Position numbers and translations under genes: made by a program. 64,000 nucleotides of DNA from the human T2T-CHM13v2.0 reference genome, Homo sapiens. This document shows positions 32,171 to 49,635 of this stretch, in pieces (within the stretch, counting starts at the first letter, position 1; each line of letters begins with the position of its first letter). The DNA is taken from the NCBI RefSeq assembly GCF_009914755.1, contig NC_060929.1. One strand, given 5' to 3'. The notes beneath the pieces were generated by a model. The model saw only the letters and a list, made by a program, of their open reading frames with translations, was not told the DNA's origin and ran no database searches.

Positions 32171-33457
32171 GGCATAGGGGAAAATATCAAGATAAGAAAC
32201 GACAGACAATTTGGTGATGGGCAAAGGGGACCCATGGCAATAGATGGAATATAGAGCATAGCACATAGTGAGGTAGGTGCCACACAGTGGAGATCAAGTC
32301 ATCAGGTGCCTTGATCACTATAATAAGCAGTTAGGATTTTGTTTTGTGGAAAGTTGGAAGTCTAAGAGCTCCTAAGTAAAAGTGATGTGTACAGAGATGG
32401 CTTAACATGATCATCTGGTGACCATTTGTAGACCAGATTAGGGGAAGGAGAGACCAGAGGTATGGAGGTTCTTACAGAGGCCTCCACATGAATTCTAAAT
32501 TCACAAATATAGAGTGAAACTCTCAGACTTGGGTGCAATTCAGGAAGCAAGTTCTTATCTTCAAAACACATTGTTTTACTTTCAGGGATTCTTATCTCTT
32601 CTAGCAGCCTGACATTGGAGTTACGTTCTGTATATGAATAGAGACACAGGCTGCATCTTACTCTGAGTGGCAGCCAGTGTACATACAGCAGCTTTGTTAT
32701 TTTATCCATAGTATACTTTCCCCTCAATACTGGAAGACTGTAGAGAGGAACATAAAGAGAGTTGTAATAGTAGAAGAAGACATTCATGTTTGTCTAGCAG
32801 CAATATGATAACTATCATACCATAAATTTTCTATGTGGTCATGGTCTAGGGTGTTGCATTTGATACAATATTCTGGTTGAGAAAGATTACTATTAATTCT
32901 TGGGAAATGATATTCTTATATGTTATATCAACTACACATTCTTAATCCTGAAACTACACAAAATATAATTTTTTCTTTGACGGTCCTTTCAGATCAATAG
33001 CAATGACAGTGCCTAAGGACCACTGTTATAAGTGTCAGCAACCATTTTATGCTTAAAAATGTGCTAACTTAAGGAGATGTCTGGTTGGTCAAGTGCTGGG
33101 CACATGTATTGACATTATATTCTTTTAATCCAAGAGAAAACTTTTCATAATGCAGTGTCTAAGGCATTATGTTGCATATAGTAGGTTCATTTGTTACAGG
33201 AACAAAAGCACATGCACGGACTGTATATGAAAAGATATTGTATTGCAAATAGACTTTTAAAATATCAAATTTATAAGATTTACATGAAATAAACTGCATT
33301 TAAAGCATATGAATAGAATTTTAAAATTGAAAATAACTGGAGTAGGTGAATAATCCAATGCATTAAAAGTGTCTATGAAGTTATCTGCTAATCATCAATA
33401 CAAGAATCTGTTACCAAAATGATCATAAAATGGTAACTCTTAGTGTAGTCACTATGC

Positions 33458-33829
<372 letters not shown>

Positions 33830-33851
33830 TGATACTGCAATTTATATATGT

Positions 33852-33869
33852 TGCCACCAGATGGTGGTG
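33852..33869 (+). promoter_or_regulatory. Candidate CTCF site
   Basis: tgCCACCAGATGGTGGtg, one mismatch to the CCASYAGRKGGCRS core. Confidence 0.5.
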
Positions 33870-36496
33870 TGTGCTTTAGTTGTGATCACATGATCTCAAT
33901 CATTGTAACTATTATAAAATAGGTGAGATGAACTGATTGATATTCAGACTCTGAATACCCATCTTATTTTCATTTGGGAAAAAATAATAATAATGGGTTG
34001 CCTATTGTAGGCAGCCATTTGCCATAAAAATAAGACAAGACTCCAAGCCCACAAATGATTCAGTATTTTAGCAATATATTAGCACAATAAGTATCATATC
34101 AAAAATTTCAAATATCATTAAGATGAAGCATCTATAATATAAGATGAATCACAGAAGACAGAATTCTGATTTCTTCCAGGAGGAATCTGGGAAGATTTCA
34201 GAATAATGTTATTCTATTAACATTAGCTTTGAAAAAAGAAATAGTTTACCAAACGTGGAGAAGAAAGGAAGATCATTGCAAAAGAAAGAAACAAACCATG
34301 CTGTACACAGATAATGATGCATTTACAAAACAATCGTGAATCTGTGTGATCAAAACGTAGGGTTCATAATTGAAAAGTGGGGTTAGACGATACTTGATGG
34401 TAGGTTTAAAATACATGACAAAGGTCAAGACATGAAGACATGCCCTTTGAAGCTAATCTTACAGGCAAGAGGGAGCCATGACATGATGAAATCTGTAAGA
34501 TAAAACGATTTAAAGAAAGAAACACATGGATACAATTTTTGTCTTAAGGAGAAACATGGCTCATAAAGGGGATCCTTGATAAGGAAATATTCCCAACAAG
34601 AATCTTCCAGTCGTCTCTCACTTTCTCAGCTTTTCTCCTCCAGCTAGGCTATCAAATCAACTTGTATTGCATTCTCTATCTGTGTTAACATTCCGGGAGT
34701 GGAATGACATAATAACTTGCTAGAACCACTATCTTGCTTCCTCTTCGCTACCTTCTCTCCAGCTGAAATGTCAAGTGAGATATTATTGCCTCTAGTTCCC
34801 TTCTTCTCTTTTTTCCTCCCAGTGACCATGGCTGTGCTCTGGGCTGTTAGAGCTGTCTGTAAAGGTTTGGAACCCATTTGGAATGAGGTTGGGGGTAGGA
34901 GCGGGATAATTACCTATCCTAATCTAAATCTCTTAATGGCTACTTTGTGCATTGCTTGCCTTTACTTTGCATGTTTGGTGTTTATCATCGAATAGAAGTG
35001 AGGGCAATGTGCCCTATAGCTGATCTGTTCTAGGAATAAGTGGTCTGCTCATATGGGGTGCTAAATGCTGCCTAAGTCCCTTACCCCGGAATTAGGGCTA
35101 CTTCTCTGCTCTCCATAGAAACTGCTTTTTGGAGCTGGCTCTGCTTTCCACTTGGCTTGCCAGAAGACCAAAGACTCACAGTTTGGTCACTGATAATACT
35201 AATCCTCTCTGACAATTATTTGGCAACCTTTCCTATTAGAATATCTTTGAAGTGTTCCTGGTTGGGGATGGGGGGTGGGGTGGAATCTTGGCTGGCAGGA
35301 AAGGACACAGGCCTTTTAATCTCAGAACCAAAAATACTCTGCGCTCTGATTTCTCCAACTTCATTTCACTATGAAGGGCATTCTGCTCCTCCAAGTCGGT
35401 GTGACATATCACAGGGCACTCGCGAGTGCTTCTGGAAGCCCTGCCGCGGAGGTCGACTCTTTTACCAGAGACAGAAGGTCGGGAAGATGCAGCGAGTACA
35501 GCGTTCTTATTATAACTCGCCTCCTCACAGGTTTCTGGGCAGAGCACTAACCTGCCCTAACCTGTTACTTCTCTGAGGATGCTTGTTGATGGCTGTGAAC
35601 TGTTCAAAGGCTTTGGGGAAGAACAAAGAAAGAAAAATAGGAAGTCGAATTCCAACCCATTCAATATCTTCCTATTTAAGCGAGCTCAAGGTCTCCTGTG
35701 CCTGTCAGAATGCGGAGTGGGTGAGGGGAACACAGCCTCGAAGGTTCTGGAGGCCTCTGGAAAACACATACAAATGAGAGCCGCATCACAACCTTTTTGC
35801 TGCTCCTTGGCAGAGCTGTACACGGTCCAAAAGATCCTTCTCGATACTGCTGCCCTTCCTTTGCTCCTTCATTCCCCTTTGGCAGCCCCACTCAGCAGGA
35901 ATAGCTTATTTTAAGCCCCATCTTTTCTCCAGGAGAGTGCTCCCTCTACATCACCTCCAAAGCCACTGCTAACACTCGGGCACTCTCCTAAGTCCTTTCA
36001 ATGGGTTAGCTTAGGAATCATTTCTCTGATGAGAAAAACTGAAGCTGAAAAAGTAATGTAACCTGCTTGGGGTCACCTAGCTAGTGGATGGAGACCGCGG
36101 GATTTGCTCTGCTACTTTCCTCCATTGATTTAGCATCTTTACATCTCATATCTGAAAAGAGCTTTGTTAATTACTCCCCCTTAAGTGAGAAACCTGCAGC
36201 CGAGAAGGCCTATACATTCTGCACACCTGTCTTACTTTTCGCTTTTGTCCTTGTGCCAAACACTTGGCCTCAATGTTCTGAGATTCTTATTAGCTCACTC
36301 ATTTCAGAGATTACACATCTTGTCCATCACATGGATGGTCTAATAATGTCTGCAGTGGGGAGAGGCACAGTTAAACCGAACAGTGGGTTTCAGTGGCATT
36401 ACTTTGCTCAATCCACCATTTTTTGCACTCTGGAGCCTGTTGCTTGGGAATTTCTTGGCATGTTCTTCAACAGGCCAGGCCACATGAGCTTGAGAC

Positions 36497-36497
<1 letters not shown>

Positions 36498-36535
<38 letters not shown>

Positions 36536-36570
36536 AGAAAGGCGGGGGGGCGGGGGGGGGGGGGGCGGGG
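36498..36570. repeat. (GA)n tract fused to a G-run tract
   Basis: Direct sequence. Confidence 0.93.
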
Positions 36571-36599
36571 AACAGACTGTTGGAATTATTAAAAAAAAA

Positions 36600-36820
36600 T
36601 GAAGCACCTGCTATATTCTGGGCATTGCTAGTTGCTTTCCATGTATTTTCACGATTAAATAACTGTCACAACAATCTAGCAGAGGAGCTTTTTTGTCCCC
36701 ATTTTGTAAATAGGATGATTGAGATTCAGAGATGTTAAGTAATGAGGACCAAGGTCACACAGCAAGTAAGGGGCTGAGGTGATACAAAGCTGTCATCTGA
36801 AGCCCTTGTTCTTTTCACTC
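36600..36820. mobile_element. MIR
   Basis: ccccattttgtaaatagg...gagattcagagatgttaagtaa...ccaaggtcacacagcaagtaag. Confidence 0.75.
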
Positions 36821-38499
36821 TATCATGAAGCTTTTTTTTTTTTTTAAAAAAAAAAAAGATACTATACAGTTGCTTTAAACCAAAGGGAGATCAGAGACCC
36901 TTGATCCTGGACTTCATTCTCCCCCTGGTGCCATGGCATTTGATGATAATGAAGATTTTAGGGGCCTGGGTATGTGGGCAGAATGTCGGAAGAGGCTGTA
37001 TTGAATATAGATCTTCACTTTGGAAATGAAGCTACATCACCTTTGCCATGTGAATTAGTTTCACCCATAAGACATGTTGGCCTCATTTATTTTCTATTTA
37101 TTAGTCTATTAGTGTTCATCAGATACTGTAGGGGTAGATTATAGTCAGAATTTCTAACACTCTTTAAACATGAGAATCTTTGGTCCATCTCCCTCTCCCC
37201 TTCTTTCTGCTTTCCATCGCTCCCTCTTACTTCCCTCTTTTTCCCTCTCATTCCGCTTTCCTCCTTTCCTTCCTCCCAACATCACGGTCTGGGGTGTGTC
37301 ACTGCCAAGATGTAATGGCCTTGGGTGAGTAACTTAGCTTCCGTAGTCCTCATTTTCTACAAGTGTGAAATGTTTATAATAACGATATCTCAAACTGTTG
37401 CTTTGAGGAAAAATTTTATTAATATATGCCAAGTACTAGCCAATAATAATAATAATGATATAGTAAGCACTTCGTAAAAGATAGTCATTGTTATTCCTTA
37501 AACTATAGGTATTAGTCCAGGAACATGCAAGGCACGTGGGGTTTTTTGCAAGGGAGTAAAAGGAATTTTCCTGGTAGAGGATATGACTAGTTTTTAGCAT
37601 GATGCTCCTCTCCATCTTCTTGTATGGTTATATTTCAAATATAATTTTAAAGTGTATCTTCAGAGTTATTTTTTTCTTATTGCCTGCTCATTAGTAACCC
37701 ATCTCTCTGTCTCTATTCTCTAAGAGTATTCCCTACCATGCGTCTGTGAGGATACGTGGCTTGGTGAGCAACAGGAGAGAAAAACAAACCTAGTAATGTG
37801 GAAAGCCAGGGCGCGTAGGAAAAATAACAATTATATAGCCCTCGCAAAATGTTTTTCATCTTGAAAATGCTTTGAAAACATTAACTGATTAATTAATCAA
37901 AAAGAATTTCTACCAATCAGTGAAAATGCTCTTGACAACGTATTAAGCCTCTTGAAAGGTATTATTTATTCAGGGATGTTTTCTCTTTCATCTAAAGGGA
38001 ATCATCAGTTTCTTTTTTTTTTCTTTCTCTTTTTTTTTGGAGACATTTCAGGAGATCGTGTGGAATCTCTGCATGCTCCTTTCACTCTATTCATCCAAGC
38101 AAGCATGAGCATGTGAAAATGCACGTGTGCATACATGCACACATGCACACGCATTAACAAATGGAAAAGGTTATTTTAGGACTGAGCCCCTTGACAGTAA
38201 GTGCATCAAAATATTATATAACATTTTCTAATCCAGGGTGCTCATCAGCTTTTTATTAACCTGCCAGCAATTTCAAGACAAAAAAATTCCTGTTGAGTCT
38301 CACGTTATCAGCTTCACCTATTACATATGAGCATCTACTTTCCTGACTCTTCTACTGCCTTCTGAGCTGCTCTAGAGCTGGTGTTTTGTCACCATCTCCC
38401 TAGAGCCTAGCTACTCATAGAGCCACCAAAGCATCAGCCCTATTCTCTGGCCTACAAAGCATAACTTAATCTCTTTGTGACATTGCAGGCGAGTAGTAA

Positions 38500-39260
38500 T
38501 AATAATCTTATGTTCAATAATTCAACAAATATTGAGTACCCGCCATTCATTTATTTATATATTCCTATATCATATACTTTATTCAGTGCAAGTCTTTGTG
38601 TGAATCACAGTGATGGATTCAAAGATGAGCTACACAGGGTTATTGCATTCAAGGGGTTTGTTGTCCAGCTGCACAGAGAAGGCAAGAACATAAATAACTT
38701 TAATATAAAGGAGACATGATGAACACCGACAAAGAAGCACCATCAGAAGAAGGGGAGAGGATTTTTGGCTGGGGAATTCAGGGAAGCCTTTTTGGAGTAG
38801 ATGATGCCTGAGTGGGATACTGAAAGAGGATCTTTCTTGTGGAACTGATGGGGATTGGGTGATGTTCCAGATGGAGGCGAAATAAGAGGGGAAAACCATG
38901 GACAAAGGAAATTATAGTTTATGAGAATCATTTAACTAGGGCCTATGTAGGGAAAAGGATAGAAGACATGATCTAGGAAATGTGGATTGGCCCTATATTG
39001 GGGAAATGCATGGCATTTGCAGCACTATACTAGGTCCCTACCAGCAGCAGCCATCAACGAATCAATCTCATCACTCAGAACAATGTTGCTTGTGTAGATA
39101 TGGCCTCCAAATACCTATCCACGCAGTCACTGCTGATCCAGTGTGTTGGAGCGCATTGGTTTATGTGAGGAAAAGCACATCCCACTCCTGGGTCACAATA
39201 TGAAGAGCCTTATGTGATAGACTGAGGAATCCAGGCTTTAATTTTTGACATTACACTGCA
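38500..39260. mobile_element. L2 fragments
   Basis: ttcaacaaatattgagtac, ttcagggaagcctttttggagtagatgatgcctgag. Confidence 0.55.
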
Positions 39261-39633
39261 ATTGAAGAATGGATTCAACGTAAATATCATTAACATCATT
39301 GCTGTCCTACCATATTGTAATTTGAAGACATCCAGAAGTGCTATTGAAATGCAGTATTGGAAGCCTTACCTACACATTAAATTAAGCCTTCAAATTTTTT
39401 TTTTTTTTTTTTTAATTTTTTTTTTTTTATTATACTCTAAGTTTTAGGGTACATGTGCACATTGTGCAGGTTAGTTACATATGTATACATGTGGCATGCT
39501 GGTGCGCTGCACCCACTAACGTGTCATCTAGCATTAGGTATATCTCCCAATGCTATCCCTCCCCCCTCCCCCGACCCCACCACAGTCCCCAGAGTGTGAT
39601 ATTCCCCTTCCTGTGTCCAAGTGATCTCATTGT

Positions 39634-43483
<3,850 letters not shown>

Positions 43484-43522
43484 TCATTAGTTGATGCAGT
43501 TTCTTCCTAGTCTCGATGGTCT

Positions 43523-44539
43523 TTACATTTTGGCATGATTTTGCAGCGGCTGGTACCAGTTGTTCCTTTCCATGTTTAGGGCTTCCTTCAGGAGCTCTTT
43601 TAGGGCAGGCCTGGTGGTGACAAAATCTCTCAGCATTTGCTTGTCTATAAAGTATTTTATTTCTCCTTCACTTATGAAGCTTAGTTTGGCTGGATATGAA
43701 ATTCTGGGTTGAAAATTCTTTTCTTTAAGAATGTTGAATATTGGCCCCCACTCTCTTCTGGCTTGTAGGGTTTCTGCCGAGAGATCCGCTGTTAGTCTGA
43801 TGGGCTTTCCTTTGAGGGTAACCCGACCTTTCTCTCTGGCTGCCCTTAACATTTTTTCCTTCATTTCAACTTTGGTGAATCTGACAATTATGTGTCTTGG
43901 AGTTGCTCTTCTCGAGGAGTATCTTTGTGGAGTTCTCTGTATTTCCTGAATCTGAACGTTGGCCTGCCTTGCTAGATTGGGGAAGTTCTCCTGGATAATA
44001 TCCTGCAGAGTGTTTTCCAACTTGGTTCCATTCTCCACATCACTTTCAGGTACACCAATCAGACGTAGATTTGGTCTTTTCACATAGTCCCATATTTCTT
44101 GGAGGCTTTGCTCATTTCTTTTTATTCTTTTTTCTCTAAACTTCCCTTCTCGCTTCATTTCATTCATTTCATCTTCCATTGCTGATACCCTTTCTTCCAG
44201 TTGATCGCATCGGCTCCTGAGGCTTCTGCATTCTTCACGTAGTTCTCGAGCCTTGGTTTTCAGCTCCATCAGCTCCTTTAAGCACTTCTCTGTATTGGTT
44301 ATTCTAGTTATACATTCTTCTAAATTTTTTTCAAAGTTTTCAACTTCTTTGCCTTTGGTTTGAATGTCCTCCCGTAGCTCAGAGTAATTTGATCGTCTGA
44401 AGCCTTCTTCTCTCAGCTCGTCAAAATCATTCTCCATCCAGCTTTGTTCTGTTGCTGGTGAGGAACTGCGTTCCTTTGGAGGAGGAGAGGCGCTCTGCGT
44501 TTTAGAGTTTCCAGTTTTTCTGTTCTGTTTTTTCCCCAT
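43523..44539 (-). CDS. L1 ORF1p (p40 RNA-binding chaperone), intact 338 aa
   Basis: MGKKQNRKTGNSK..., with REKG, ARR and YPAKLS motifs intact. Confidence 0.97.
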   Translation of the reverse strand: MGKKQNRKTGNSKTQSASPPPKERSSSPATEQSWMENDFDELREEGFRRSNYSELREDIQTKGKEVENFEKNLEECITRITNTEKCLKELMELKTKARELREECRSLRSRCDQLEERVSAMEDEMNEMKREGKFREKRIKRNEQSLQEIWDYVKRPNLRLIGVPESDVENGTKLENTLQDIIQENFPNLARQANVQIQEIQRTPQRYSSRRATPRHIIVRFTKVEMKEKMLRAAREKGRVTLKGKPIRLTADLSAETLQARREWGPIFNILKEKNFQPRISYPAKLSFISEGEIKYFIDKQMLRDFVTTRPALKELLKEALNMERNNWYQPLQNHAKM

Positions 44540-45449
44540 CTTTGTGGTTTTATCTACTTTTGGTCTTTGATGATGGTGATGTACAGATGGGTTTTCGGTG
44601 TAGATGTCCTTTCTGGTTGTTAGTTTTCCTTCTAACAGACAGGACCCTCAGCTGCAGGTCTGTTGGAATACCCTGCCGTGTGAGGTGTCAGTGTGCCCCT
44701 GCTGGGGGGTGCCTCCCAGTTAGGCTGCTCGGGGGTTAGGGGTCAGGGGTCAGGGACCCACTTGAGGAGGCAGTCTGCCCGTTCTCAGATCTCCAGCTGC
44801 GTGCTGGGAGAACCACTGCTCTCTTCAAAGCTGTCAGACAGGGACACTTAAGTCTGCAGAGGTTACTGCTGTCTTTTTGTTTGTCTGTGCCCTGCCCCCA
44901 GAGGTGGAGCCTACAGAGGCAGGCAGGCCTCCTTGAGCTGTGGTGGGCTCCACCCAGTTCGAGCTTCCCGGCTGCTTTGTTTACCTAAGCAAGCCTGGGC
45001 AATGGCGGGCGCCCCTCCCCCAGCCTCGTTGCCGCCTTGCAGTTTGATCTCAGACTGCTGTGCTAGCAATCAGCGAGATTCCGTGGGCGTAGGACCCTCT
45101 GAGCCAGGTGTGGGATATAGTCTCGTGGTGCGCCGTTTCTTAAGCCGGTCTGAAAAGCGCAATATTCGGGTGGGAGTGACCCGATTTTCCAGGTGCGTCC
45201 GTCACCCCTTTCTTTGACTCGGAAAGGGAACTCCCTGACCCCTTGCGCTTCCCAGGTGAGGCAATGCCTCGCCCTGCTTCGGCTCGCGCACGGTGCGCAC
45301 ACACACTGGCCTGCGCCCACTGTCTGGCACTCCCTAGTGAGATGAACCCGGTACCTCAGATGGAAATGCAGAAATCACCTGTCTTCTGCGTCGCTCACGC
45401 TGGGAGCTGTAGACCGGAGCTGTTCCTATTCGGCCATCTTGGCTCCTCC
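44540..45449 (-). promoter_or_regulatory. L1 5' UTR: CpG-rich internal sense promoter with YY1 site, plus antisense promoter firing on the + strand
   Basis: About 910-bp UTR; YY1 site cggccatctt at 45431-45440 is intact. Confidence 0.9.
45002..45217 (+). CDS. L1 ORF0 (antisense, 71 aa), intact
   Basis: ATG at 45002: MAGAPPPASLPPCSLISDCC...RHPFL; internal splice donors at 45108 and 45193. Confidence 0.88.
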   Translation: MAGAPPPASLPPCSLISDCCASNQRDSVGVGPSEPGVGYSLVVRRFLSRSEKRNIRVGVTRFSRCVRHPFL

Positions 45450-45609
45450 AAGCCTTCAAATTTTTTATGGGAAATTTAAATTTTATCTTCTTCATCTTCT
45501 GGTTATCAGATTCTACTTCTTACTATTATTAATTTCCTAGAAATAGCAGTTTACCTCTTGTCTTCTCATTCCTTATGGGCTCTGAGCAATTATGTAAAGG
45601 GTTTTTGGA

Positions 45610-46304
<695 letters not shown>

Positions 46305-47129
46305 ACTATTACATCTGTGTGAGGTTCTCAGACATTAAGCTTTTTATCTAACTGATTTCTGGAAAGATAAATAATTATCTTACAATATACCAAACAAGAT
46401 TTCTACCCTTAAGTTATAGAACCAAGATCTCATTGGTTACCCTTTTCTATGCAAGGTGCCCTATACAAAAATGCAAATGCTGCCACATGAGTGAACTAAT
46501 GGCACCAGGTTAATCTGCCTGATTGAGATTATATTTTCAAGGGTTTTTCCTGGCCTCTCTTAAAAATGGGAAGTCACAGCATCTACTAAAACATCTTTAA
46601 AGGATGTTGAAGACATTGGAAACAAACATGGAGAACTGCCGTGATTTAAAAAAAATCTGTTTTTTTCTACTTCTAAATTTCCCATCCGGATGAAAGTGAA
46701 AATTCTCCAGTACATATACTCTGTAAAGGATTTTACAAAATTGATGAGAATGTCTGTTGAGACTGTGTGACCTGGGAAATGGTTGACAATTACAGTGCAA
46801 TGCTATTTAAAAGCGAAGGGAATAAAGGCTCATCAATGAGAACTCAGATGCCTTTGCTCCAATGACACTCATTTTGTTTGGTCTTTTGCCCTCTAAGCTC
46901 CATGTACATCAGTTTTTCTAATTTGCCAAATAAAACAAATAATGCTCCCTTAGAGAGGCTATCCTAACTGAGTTTAAGTGTTCTTGGAAAATAATGATAC
47001 TATTATACACGAAGTGTTGTGCACACCAAGTACAAATGAGCCGTCACCATCACCCCTCCCTACATCTGCCTCCCTGTTCAAATGGATGTGGGAAGTTCGA
47101 GGCAGCAGAATGAAGAGTTCACCATACAG

Positions 47130-47310
47130 AATTCGGCAGCAGACAGACCTGGTATTACATTCCACCTTGGATACTTACTAGTTGTATGAGTTGGCTGTAA
47201 CTGATTTGCTCTTTTGAAGCCTTTGTTTCTCCATCTATAAAATGGGGATCATAGAGTTGCTATGAAGAATAACTGTGATGATCTACATTAAAATGCCCAG
47301 CTGTTACACG
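47130..47310. mobile_element. MIR
   Basis: cagacagacctgg...acttactagttgt...tttctccatctataaaatgggga. Confidence 0.7.
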
Positions 47311-48656
47311 ACTTCTCAAAAAGCTTAAAAGTTCGTGTCCTGGGTGCCCCAGCAGAATATCAACTAACACTTTAAGTTTTCTGCAAAGTTTTCCTTGAAG
47401 GTTGCCCTTCATGCCTTTCTTAACCGGTTATTCTCATCACGAGTTAAGGATTGCACTGCACATGTGAACAAAAATCAACTTACCTTATACACAGGAAGAG
47501 GTTTTCAAAAATCCCCGAGACGTTTCTGCTGCCTGAAGCATTTTCTAGGGAATACATTTATTCTGGGGAGGGGGGTGGAGGAGGGAGAAAAGAGAGGTTA
47601 ATATTTAGCCTTTTCTTAGAAACTTCACTTTATTCATAACATTTCAGTGTAGAGCAAGTTAATGGCCAAACAATTGCAAGAAACAAATCCACAGTCAAGG
47701 GCTGGTATGTATTTGTAGCTGGATGCATATGTCTATAGCTGTGAGGTATGTAAATAGAACGGATACAGTTTGTGGATGCTCTGTGTGTGCACTTACAGAG
47801 AGGACAGAACAGCGAGATGAATGCTGGAGATAAGGTAGAGGATGCAAAGGATGGAGATATTTTTCCATGTGGAAGCATCTCATTCTTACAGACCTGATTG
47901 GTATAGCCTAGGGATCTCTGCAACGCGCTACACACACTGATCCAGTTACAAAGTAATACTCCAAAATGGAAAGGTGTTTAACAAAAGCTTCCTATTTGTA
48001 ATCAAAGCTTCCCTTTATCACTGAGCATGCCCAGCAGTCAGCTTAGAAGCAGAGCTGGACAAAATGCAGTTTTTACTTTACCGTGGCTTGTAGCCACTGC
48101 TGCTGCTGACAATGAGCAGGGAGGCAGTGAGGCATTGGGTTCCAGGTAAGGCCTGAAAAGGCAGAGGAACAGGGGCCTGAACAAAGGTGGAGCCTCGAGG
48201 AGAGGTAACAGGTGGGAGGAGTGGTGCAGAAGGCTTGCTTGGCTCTGGACAGCATGTCCTCTCTGAGTGAGGGTTCCCCCAGCCAGGATTTGCTGAAAAT
48301 CTTGGAAAGCCCCAGTGCCATTTACAACATCCTGTACCACACGTCTGCAGTGAGAGATGCCTGGGTTTAGAATGTAGCTCTGCATTGTGACACTGGTTGT
48401 GACCTTGGTAAAATAACTTTAAGTCTTTGAATCTCAAATTCCTTATAAGATTTGATGAAGGGGAAAATGCACCGGCAGTATCTCTCCCTGGCAGTTAGAT
48501 CCTCCGGCATTATCAAATACTATAGCATGGCTAAACTGCAACACCACACTGACATCACCTCGCCCCCATACCAACCTCCTCTGAAACGGTGAAGACAGAC
48601 CTGGCCTCAAATCCTAACTCTGCTACTTACTAGCTGTAAGACCTTGGGCGAATTGC

Positions 48657-48684
48657 GTGTGTGTGTGTGTGTGTCTGTGTGTGT

Positions 48685-48718
<34 letters not shown>
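48657..48718. repeat. Interrupted (TG)n microsatellite
   Basis: Direct sequence. Confidence 0.95.
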
Positions 48719-48725
<7 letters not shown>

Positions 48726-48879
48726 GGGTTGAGAGAGGAACAGAGAGTGACTTTAGCTGGCAGATACTATGAGATAAAATGGGAAATTAAAGTAGACATA
48801 TCACTGTACCCCTGGAGTTTATAGTCAGGTTTGTTGGGGAGTCTGTTTCATTGTCTGTAATTGGAAATAACCATGCTTA

Positions 48880-49257
<378 letters not shown>

Positions 49258-49585
49258 CTACTGCATGCCTCTTTAATTCTTACTATACTGAATGATTTAT
49301 CTCTGTTACTTCTGTATTCCCCCATAATGCCATCCCCAGCATCTGTCTACCTTATTTCCCATGATCCCCTTTCATGTAGTCTGATTGGCTGTTGGACAAC
49401 ATGACAGGGGTTAGTCATGTGGACTGTAGCACCAGACAGACCTGCGTGGGAGTCCTTCTCTGCCAGTTATCCAGGTATGTGACCTTGGGCAAGCTACTTA
49501 ATCTTACTCAGCCACATTTTACTCATCTGTGAATTGGGAATAAAAACAGCTCCCCTCTCCTAGGAATTATTATTCTTATTCCAAG

Positions 49586-49592
<7 letters not shown>

Positions 49593-49634
<42 letters not shown>
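49593..49634. repeat. (TG)n microsatellite
   Basis: Direct sequence. Confidence 0.96.

Positions 49635-49635
<1 letters not shown>

Noticed and set aside
36088-36738. 216-aa ORF
   Set aside because: It runs through a (GA)n/G tract and a MIR, with no recognisable domain.
39401-39430. 3' transduction at the L1 tail
   Set aside because: Only poly-A with a 2-nt interruption lies between the L1 end and the TSD.
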